Positions 26,651 through 32,000 of a stretch of DNA of 32,000 nt are shown here, in pieces. The notes below the pieces were generated by a model. The model saw only the letters and a list, made by a program, of their open reading frames with translations, had not been told where the DNA came from and did no database searches. A program made the translations under genes and the position numbers. Location: sequence record PP429239.1, one strand, 5' to 3'. Every line of letters begins with the position of its first letter. Position 1 is the stretch's first letter. Source of the DNA: Salmonella phage vB_Si_CECAV_FGS017.

Positions 26651-27019
26651 TTACATCGCCTGAGTAAATGTACGACTAATAACGTCGTTCTGTTGTTCAC
26701 GAGTCAGTGCATTAAATCGAACAGCGTAGCCAGAGACACGGATGGTCAACTGAGGATATTTTTCAGGATGTTTCTGCGCATCCAAAAGCTGATCACGGCT
26801 TAACACATTGACATTTAGGTGCTGACCACCTTCGATTTGAGGGGCGACTTCCACTTTGACTTCACGGAAGGCTTCGGGATCGAATTGTGGTGTGATACCT
26901 TCTAGATCTTCAACTAGAACTTTCTGTTTAAGTTCACCATTGTCGGAGTATAGCTGAATAATCTGATTTTCATGAACAAGGTTAATTACGCCAGATTTAA
27001 GATTTTGATATGCTTTCAT
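26651..27019 (-). CDS. grcA: autonomous glycyl radical cofactor GrcA/YfiD-like protein
   Basis: [55 protein letters not shown] matches the pyruvate formate-lyase glycyl-radical C-terminus. Confidence 0.9.
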   Translation of the reverse strand: MKAYQNLKSGVINLVHENQIIQLYSDNGELKQKVLVEDLEGITPQFDPEAFREVKVEVAPQIEGGQHLNVNVLSRDQLLDAQKHPEKYPQLTIRVSGYAVRFNALTREQQNDVISRTFTQAM

Positions 27020-27061
27020 TAGATCTCCCCGATGTTAGAATTTGGCTCAGCTCTTTATTCT

Positions 27062-27256
27062 TTATACTTTTCCATAGTATACGGAAACTGTCTTACCAGT
27101 TTGGTTCATGACATATGCTACTTCATCTTCTTTTAAAAAGATGGCTTGATCTACTCCAACTATAGCCAATCTTTTATTTCTAGGATTAAAGCTTACACTT
27201 TTGCCCGTATGTATATGTTCACCATTCTTGGCTGACATTATTTTAATTGTTAACAT
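27062..27256 (-). CDS. hypothetical protein
   Basis: 64-aa ORF. Confidence 0.6.
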   Translation of the reverse strand: MLTIKIMSAKNGEHIHTGKSVSFNPRNKRLAIVGVDQAIFLKEDEVAYVMNQTGKTVSVYYGKV

Positions 27257-27293
27257 AGCTGCTCCTAAATTTAGCTATCTCTAGCTATTTTAA

Positions 27294-27369
27294 TGGTAGT
27301 TAGTAGTGGATTTGAACCACTGTAGTCGCTCCGTATGAAGGAGGCGCATAACCACTCTGCCAACTAACT
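27294..27369 (-). tRNA. tRNA with CAT anticodon (Met, or Ile2 if lysidine-modified)
   Basis: Acceptor AGTTAGT/ACTAACT, T arm AGTGG-TTCAAAT-CCACT, encoded CCA. Confidence 0.8.
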
Positions 27370-27465
27370 GTTATGTTTTACTAGACTAAGTAAGTATTCC
27401 TTATACTCTTTAGACCAATTAGCTTTTTTAAACTTTCCTGGACGCATAGTCTTAATTCCTAAATT

Positions 27466-27542
27466 TGGTACTCCGGGAGGGATTTAAACCCCCGATCTCT
27501 CGGTTATCAGCCGAGTGCTTTAGATCGCTAAGCTACCGAAGC
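27466..27542 (-). tRNA. tRNA-Ile(GAT)
   Basis: Anticodon arm CTCGG-CTGATAA-CCGAG, CCA encoded. Confidence 0.85.
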
Positions 27543-27557
27543 ATTAGAATATTTACA

Positions 27558-27848
27558 TCATACACTGTCTAAGTAAGAAGTATAATGGAATTTAGCTTCT
27601 CCAGTCTTATCTACTTCTACCTCAGTTCGTGGTACTTGACGAACCACACCATGAATCATCTTATAGCGAATGCCTTTAGCTGGTTCATGATCTTTTGGGA
27701 ATACTTGTTTAACCGTTACTACTTTATATCCTTCACGCGGTGTTAACACTACTACTTGATCACCTTCTTTGATTTTCCAAGAAGATGGAAATTCATAGGT
27801 ATATCTTTGACCACCAGTTTGGAATACTACAGAAAGATAACGTTTCAT
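27558..27848 (-). CDS. hypothetical protein
   Basis: 96-aa ORF between tRNAs. Confidence 0.7.
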   Translation of the reverse strand: MKRYLSVVFQTGGQRYTYEFPSSWKIKEGDQVVVLTPREGYKVVTVKQVFPKDHEPAKGIRYKMIHGVVRQVPRTEVEVDKTGEAKFHYTSYLDSV

Positions 27849-27878
27849 TTGGTTTTCCTCTCATTAATTTATATAGAT

Positions 27879-27906
27879 ATTATAACAAGAATTAAGAGAG
27901 AAGGCA
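27879..27906 (-). promoter_or_regulatory. T5-type early promoter TTGCCT-N16-TATAAT
   Basis: Same family and leader (ATATAAATTAATGAGAGG). Confidence 0.7.
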
Positions 27907-27921
27907 AATGAATTTTTAAAT

Positions 27922-27997
27922 TTGGTGCTCCCACCAGGAATCGAACCCGGTTCAGATGCTTACAAGGCAACTGCATCGCCAGCAATGCTTTAGGAGC
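27922..27997 (-). tRNA. tRNA-Thr(TGT)
   Basis: Acceptor GCTCCTA/TGGGAGC, loop CTTGTAA, CCA encoded. Confidence 0.8.
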
Positions 27998-28007
27998 GAT
28001 GATCCCG

Positions 28008-28172
28008 TTATTTCAACGGGATTTCTTTTTCAATAACAGGAGACTTATCAGTCATAACTGTCATTGCCATTTGTTGTAGAAATTCAAAGGTGAAGGCTAC
28101 ACGTTCTTCACCAATCTCTACTTCTACACGTTTCTTTTGTTTATCGATCTTGACTTTTAGATTGTCAGCCAT
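28008..28172 (-). CDS. hypothetical protein (54 aa)
   Basis: MADNLKVKIDKQKKRVEVEIGEERVAFTFEFLQQMAMTVMTDKSPVIEKEIPLK. Below the ORF-track cutoff. Confidence 0.55.
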   Translation of the reverse strand: MADNLKVKIDKQKKRVEVEIGEERVAFTFEFLQQMAMTVMTDKSPVIEKEIPLK

Positions 28173-28386
28173 CTTCGGATTCTCGTTGCTGTGCTACTTC
28201 TAGCCAGTCTGGTAGAAGAAACTTTGTACGAAATTCTTCGTAAGTTTCTTTGGGATAAAAGCTAAAACCTCCTTTCTCATCATTCAGGATAACAGAACCG
28301 TCAGTTTGTTCGTATGCTCGGTATGTTTCCCCAATAACAATAACTCGTTTATCGGTACTTTTATTACGAAACTCAAAAACGTGCAT
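28165..28386 (-). CDS. hypothetical protein
   Basis: 73-aa ORF. Confidence 0.6.
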   Translation of the reverse strand: MHVFEFRNKSTDKRVIVIGETYRAYEQTDGSVILNDEKGGFSFYPKETYEEFRTKFLLPDWLEVAQQRESEDG

Positions 28387-28402
28387 AATGTTTCCTTAAA
28401 GT

Positions 28403-28478
28403 TGGAGCGGCTAGAGGGAATCGAACCCTACTCAGCGAGGCTTGGAAGGCCTGCGACACAACCCGTGTGCTTAACCGC
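28403..28478 (-). tRNA. tRNA-Gly(TCC)
   Basis: Acceptor GCGGTTA/TAGCCGC, loop CTTCCAA, CCA encoded. Confidence 0.8.
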
Positions 28479-28486
28479 TTATTATT

Positions 28487-28564
28487 TGGCTGGAGAAGGA
28501 GGAATCGAACCAATGATCTCGACTTCAAAGGCCGAAGCTTTAGACCAGGCTAAGCTAATCCCCA
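28487..28564 (-). tRNA. tRNA-Gln(TTG)
   Basis: Anticodon arm TCGGC-CTTTGAA-GTCGA, 5' TGGGGAT, CCA encoded. Confidence 0.75.
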
Positions 28565-28570
28565 ACTGTT

Positions 28571-28646
28571 TGGCAGAAGGTAGTGGGTTCGAACCACTGA
28601 TCGGGGTTTCAGAGACCCCAGCCTTAACCGACTTGGCTAACCTTCT
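28571..28646 (-). tRNA. tRNA-Gln(CTG)
   Basis: Acceptor AGAAGGT/ACCTTCT, anticodon arm GGGGT-CTCTGAA-ACCCC, CCA encoded. Confidence 0.8.
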
Positions 28647-29205
28647 TCTTAATACTTTTTGGATCTTTACCTGTTAAGGATTTATAACGTTTACGTAGTC
28701 CGTTATCAGATAATCCTAACTCTTTTGATGCTTTAACCCATGAATAGTTTATTACCCAATATTCTATTTGCTCTGCTGTAATACCAGGGCTACTCTTAGG
28801 TTTACAATCAAAACAAGTTTTAGATGAAGAATTTATTTGTTTATTACAATAAGGGCATTTATTACCACCTATTGTATGCCCCCTTTCAACTGTAGTTTTT
28901 ATTCTATGATCTTCCTTAGTCATGACCACCAGATTATCTAAGGAAAAGTTCAATTTATTCCTATCTTTGTGGTCCACTTCTAGTTCAGATTCTAGTGAAG
29001 GTAAATCTTTAAATACTCTAGCTAATAATCTATGTAGTACAATAGAGACATTTTTACCATGCTCATAGAACGTTACAAATGGATACCCCGCACTACCTAA
29101 ATGATGTGTGAGTAATTTATTACTCTTAGTAGAGTAAACCTCCCCATATGGAGAGATTAAGTATTTGGGGTACTCGGGAATTACTTTGAAATTCTCTAAT
29201 TTCAT
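28624..29205 (-). CDS. HNH homing endonuclease-like protein
   Basis: 193 aa with an NUMOD/HNH-like N-terminus (VDHKDRNKLNFSLDNLVVMT). The 3' end overlaps the tRNA-Gln(CTG) gene. Confidence 0.85.
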   Translation of the reverse strand: MKLENFKVIPEYPKYLISPYGEVYSTKSNKLLTHHLGSAGYPFVTFYEHGKNVSIVLHRLLARVFKDLPSLESELEVDHKDRNKLNFSLDNLVVMTKEDHRIKTTVERGHTIGGNKCPYCNKQINSSSKTCFDCKPKSSPGITAEQIEYWVINYSWVKASKELGLSDNGLRKRYKSLTGKDPKSIKKKVSQVG

Positions 29206-29211
29206 CTTATT

Positions 29212-29406
29212 CTACGGAATAATTGTTGTTGGCTCAGGTTCTTCAAGACGCTTACCTTCATGGTCTACTCGAATGACTCCGCATCCTTCGCAAACCACAA
29301 CTGCACCATAACCTTCTTTGACTTCGGCTTCTGTAATCAGACCAGATAAGTCACCAGTATCTCTGCCCCACATATCAATGGAGCATTGTTTGCAGAACTC
29401 AGCCAT
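29212..29406 (-). CDS. small zinc-ribbon-like protein
   Basis: 64 aa with CKQC...CEGC pattern. Confidence 0.6.
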   Translation of the reverse strand: MAEFCKQCSIDMWGRDTGDLSGLITEAEVKEGYGAVVVCEGCGVIRVDHEGKRLEEPEPTTIIP

Positions 29407-29431
29407 ATTTTATTTCCTATTTAAGTTAATT

Positions 29432-29508
29432 TGGGGTGGCTAGTGGAATTCGAATCCACATAGGCCTGATTCACAATCAGGATCATTAACCAATTATGAT
29501 ATAGCCAC
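29432..29508 (-). tRNA. tRNA-His(GTG)
   Basis: Acceptor GTGGCTA/TAGCCAC, anticodon arm CCTGA-TTGTGAA-TCAGG, CCA encoded. Confidence 0.85.
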
Positions 29509-29737
29509 AATTGAAAACTCGCAGGGTTAGCGAAACCATCCTCAATTAGCATGTTCTAGAATACTAATCAAGTTATCTCCTGTTGCACGCAGCTCAAGAC
29601 GAGTACGAATTTTCAATTGTGGCGGCTCTCAGAAACTCTTCTACTCTAGCCTTAGTAGCTTACTCCCGAACGCATGTCGGGGAAGTCTTACCAAAAGCAT
29701 CAAATAGCACCGTTACACTTTGAGCCATTGATGTATC

Positions 29738-29868
29738 AAGGAATAGAAGGAGTTGAACCTTCACGAGATAGACCATTTATCTCAACCGCTTTTAAGGTAT
29801 ATTTCTAGGAGTGGATGTTCCTAGTAAACCTATTCGGCAGTCCCGTCTACCAATTCCGGCATATTCCA
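29738..29868 (-). tRNA. tRNA-Leu(TAA)-like gene interrupted in the anticodon loop, possibly a pseudogene
   Basis: Leu-type D arm (CCGGAATTGGTAGACGG), ACTGC/GCGGT anticodon stem, TTAAAA loop, long variable arm GAGATA/TATCTC and T arm GAAGG-TTCAACT-CCTTC. 40 extra nt at 29797-29836. No encoded CCA. Confidence 0.6.
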
Positions 29869-29875
29869 AGAATTT

Positions 29876-30049
29876 TTATAAACCAGCAGAAGCCTCATTT
29901 AAGGCATCAACAATAGCTTCACGTTGGGTCATTCCATACCCAGTGGAATCTAGGTGTGGCAAATAAGCCATCCATCCCTTATCTGTTTCATGAAGGCATG
30001 CTTTAAATTTTTTACCGTCCTTCATTGTTACAGTAACTGTTTTGCTCAT
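29876..30049 (-). CDS. HicB-like orphan domain protein (57 aa)
   Basis: MSKTVTVTMKDGKKFKACLHETDKGWMAYLPHLDSTGYGMTQREAIVDALNEASAGL resembles the HicB fold pattern. Confidence 0.5.
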   Translation of the reverse strand: MSKTVTVTMKDGKKFKACLHETDKGWMAYLPHLDSTGYGMTQREAIVDALNEASAGL

Positions 30050-30069
30050 AATGATTCCTTATAGTTAAT

Positions 30070-30159
30070 TGGAGGAAGGTAATGGAGTCGAACCATCACC
30101 GTATCGTTACAGCGGGCAGGTTTTCAAGACCTGTTACATACCACTATGTCCTACCTTCC
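30070..30159 (-). tRNA. tRNA-Ser(TGA)
   Basis: 90 nt, class II variable arm, anticodon arm CAGGT-CTTGAAA-ACCTG, CCA encoded. Confidence 0.85.
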
Positions 30160-30166
30160 AGTTGTT

Positions 30167-30222
30167 TGGCGGAAGAGGAGAGATTTGAACTCTCAAGCCG
30201 TTTTACCAGTCAGCCACTTTCC
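30167..30222 (-). pseudogene. tRNA-like remnant lacking an anticodon arm
   Basis: GGAAAG...TGGCTGACTGGTAAAACGGC then directly T arm GAGAG-TTCAAAT-CTCTC, CTCTTCC-G-CCA. Confidence 0.5.
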
Positions 30223-30262
30223 AAGCGGTTTTCGTCGCCAATTCGATTTGCTCTTCCAAGTA

Positions 30263-30493
30263 TTAATTACCTAAAGCTACTCTAGTAGGCTTCTTACCAA
30301 ATAGAAACTCATAAGATCCATCTAAACGACCTGCTTTTGAGCGGCAGTATGACTCCCACTGTTTGTAATGACGTTGTTCCGCATGGTATCTAGTATGGTT
30401 ATCCGCAATTAATATTCGAAGTGGCCATCCTTTTGCCCTACTTCGTAGCTTATTTATCTTAATTATATAAGACTTTTTTAATTTTCGTTTCAT
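30263..30493 (-). CDS. hypothetical basic protein
   Basis: 76 aa, start trimmed to MKRKLKKSYIIKINKLR. Confidence 0.55.
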   Translation of the reverse strand: MKRKLKKSYIIKINKLRSRAKGWPLRILIADNHTRYHAEQRHYKQWESYCRSKAGRLDGSYEFLFGKKPTRVALGN

Positions 30494-30618
30494 TAGTTTT
30501 TCCAATGTTAGTGGAATGATGCCTCTATCACACCAGGCAGTTACGCCTCGCTGGGATTCGAACCCATTAAAACAGCTCAACCGAGATAGTAGGTTTAATT
30601 TACTCTGACCATCAAATT

Positions 30619-30695
30619 TGGTGCGTGACAAGGGATTCGAACCCTCAAAACCCGACTTCTAAGGACGGTATGTATGCCAATTCCATCAATCACGC
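30619..30695 (-). tRNA. tRNA with TAG anticodon (Leu by code), class-I-sized
   Basis: Acceptor GCGTGAT/GTCACGC, loop CTTAGAA, T arm GAGGG-TTCGAAT-CCCTT, CCA encoded. Confidence 0.7.
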
Positions 30696-30700
30696 GTATT

Positions 30701-30779
30701 TGGTGGAGGATAACGAATTCGAATCGTTCTGATGTCCTCGGTGCAAGCGAGGTGTCCACCCCTAGCAGACCCATCCCCC
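30701..30779 (-). tRNA. tRNA-Ala(TGC)
   Basis: Anticodon arm CCTCG-CTTGCAC-CGAGG, CCA encoded. Confidence 0.8.
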
Positions 30780-31017
30780 AAATTCTTTAGTTTACTAAGG
30801 CTATTAGCTCGGCGTAACTACAGCACCTTCGCTTCGAGCGGAAGGAACCGCGTCATCTCGCAAACCCAATACACTATTCAGTTGCCGCTGAATCTAGTGG
30901 ACTAATCTAGAACTCCTCCCGAATCGTAGGGATCGTGCTTTTTGGCAGCCAGTCCTAGGTCGAGCTAATACCTTAGTGAACTATGATGAGGAGAAATCCT
31001 CATCAATTTATATAAAT

Positions 31018-31046
31018 ATTATAACAAGAAATTAAGCATCAAGCAA
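31018..31046 (-). promoter_or_regulatory. T5-type early promoter TTGCTT-N17-TATAAT
   Basis: Same family and leader (TATAAATTGATGAGGA), positioned to transcribe 30970 and downstream. Confidence 0.75.
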
Positions 31047-31064
31047 CTGCGTTTTTCTTGAAAT

Positions 31065-31143
31065 TGGTAGATCGCCTGGGACTCGAACCCAGAACCTTCC
31101 GATTAAAAGTCGGATGCTACTAAACCTATTGAGCTAGCGATCT
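31065..31143 (-). tRNA. tRNA-Lys(TTT)
   Basis: Acceptor AGATCGC/GCGATCT, anticodon arm TCCGA-CTTTTAA-TCGGA, CCA encoded. Confidence 0.85.
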
Positions 31144-31144
31144 A

Positions 31145-31312
31145 TTAGTAACCATTATATACTTCTTTAATAGAGTGAACTTTCAAGTAAGGGTGATTAA
31201 TCCCAAACTCCGCCATTACTTCTTTCTCATCTTTTCCATAATGAGCGAGTAAGGATTTTGAGGTATTCTTACCTAAACGTTTGTCACTTACTACTAATCG
31301 AAATACTTTCAT
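31145..31312 (-). CDS. hypothetical protein (55 aa)
   Basis: MKVFRLVVSDKRLGKNTSKSLLAHYGKDEKEVMAEFGINHPYLKVHSIKEVYNGY. Confidence 0.5.
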   Translation of the reverse strand: MKVFRLVVSDKRLGKNTSKSLLAHYGKDEKEVMAEFGINHPYLKVHSIKEVYNGY

Positions 31313-31332
31313 TTCGAAATCCTCTATTAAAG

Positions 31333-31410
31333 TGGAAGCGGGTGCAGGAATCGAACCTACCTCTTTCTAGCTTATGAGACTAGCGATCTCTACCAGAGAT
31401 CTAACCCGCA
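31333..31410 (-). tRNA. tRNA-Met(CAT)
   Basis: D arm GATC/GATC, anticodon arm CTAGT-CTCATAA-GCTAG, T arm GTAGG-TTCGATT-CCTGC, CCA encoded, 1-72 mismatch. Confidence 0.75.
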
Positions 31411-31416
31411 ATTGTT

Positions 31417-31494
31417 TGGTCTCCGTGGGAGGATTTGAACCCCCGACCCTATCGCCCCAAACGAAACGCTCTGGCCAAACTGAGCTACACGGAG
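31417..31494 (-). tRNA. tRNA-Pro(TGG)
   Basis: Acceptor CTCCGTG/CACGGAG, loop TTTGGGG, CCA encoded. Confidence 0.85.
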
Positions 31495-31498
31495 AATA

Positions 31499-31657
31499 TT
31501 ATTTCTTCAACCACAACAAAGATAAGCCCAGCATACTAAAGCCGCTAACTAATCCGATACATTTTTCTTCTATAGTAAAAGTATCTAGATTAAATGCTGT
31601 TATAGCTATTGGCATACACCATAATGCCATAAAAACTTGAGCTATCTTATATTTCAT
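31499..31657 (-). CDS. small membrane protein (52 aa)
   Basis: MKYKIAQVFMALWCMPIAITAFNLDTFTIEEKCIGLVSGFSMLGLSLLWLKK. Confidence 0.5.
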   Translation of the reverse strand: MKYKIAQVFMALWCMPIAITAFNLDTFTIEEKCIGLVSGFSMLGLSLLWLKK

Positions 31658-31689
31658 TTTGCTTTCCTTCTCTTCACTTTATAAAATAT

Positions 31690-31718
31690 ATTATACAGAG
31701 AATTAAGCAGAATAGCAA
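31690..31718 (-). promoter_or_regulatory. T5-type early promoter TTGCTA-N17-TATAAT
   Basis: Same family and leader. Confidence 0.75.
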
Positions 31719-31867
31719 ATAAATTTTTAATAAATTTACTTATTGTGTAGGCCACCTGAGGGCTATGAACCCCACGGCTGACAAAGAAGTTTGCGAGACC
31801 CCTCTTAAATGCCAGAATAGACCCGCCGATCTATCGGAACCTACATAATAAGTAAACTTTATAGTGT

Positions 31868-31989
31868 CATTCTAGACAGGACTCGAACCTGTTATCACTT
31901 GTGCGGACTTACGAGAACCATTCTTTCACTCGAATCGAACGAGCTTCTGCCCTAGCCAAGCTGGTTTCCCCATCAACCACGCTAGAATG
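31868..31989 (-). ncRNA. tRNA-like structured element, 122 nt
   Basis: 8-bp closing helix CATTCTAG/CTAGAATG. Two T-arm-like hairpins: GCTCG-TTCGATT-CGAGT and ACAGG-TTCGAGT-CCTGT. Confidence 0.4.
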
Positions 31990-32000
31990 TTTGATTGTTT

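Noticed and set aside
28011-28035. CCCGTT-ATTTC-AACGGG hairpin followed by ATTTCTTTTT as a terminator
   Set aside because: The T-rich tail fits only the plus strand, where no gene precedes it; it overlaps the 3' end of a minus-strand small ORF.
30545-30600. Possible further tRNA around GGGATTCGAACCC
   Set aside because: A T arm is present (TGGG-TTCGAAT-CCCA on the minus strand) but I could not build a matching acceptor stem or anticodon arm.

Overview
This window is the left end of a T5-like siphophage genome (Tequintavirus/Demerecviridae type), judged from protein-level recognition. The pre-early set comes first: dmp-like deoxynucleotidase at 110-844, A1-like metallophosphoesterase at 1669-3333 and A2-like protein at 3686-4093. 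A mostly non-coding, repeat-rich interval (about 9.15-11.4 kb) contains the region expected to act like the T5 injection-stop signal. Then comes a long minus-strand block of small early genes, including phosphatases, thioredoxin-like protein, T5-type endolysin and holin, a ClpP-like protease, dNMP kinase and a spanin pair. From about 27.3 kb to the window end there is a minus-strand tRNA cluster with small ORFs and an HNH endonuclease. No obvious defence island or transposon was found. The most interesting signals are non-coding. (1) Two imperfect inverted repeats of about 190 bp (6.10-6.29 and 9.32-9.51 kb) each carry a LexA-like box next to DnaA boxes, and they flank an oppositely oriented cassette of small genes. 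(2) A cluster of Fur-box-like palindromes lies at 9.18-9.74 kb. (3) A 14-bp motif, TGTGCAAATCCGAC, recurs eight times. (4) A consensus promoter faces about 1 kb without a convincing ORF. (5) A family of near-identical T5-type early promoters is present. (6) The tRNA cluster contains a tRNA-Leu(UAA)-like gene interrupted in its anticodon loop by 40 nt, plus several odd tRNA-like or structured elements. All calls were made by eye; no database search or folding program was run.
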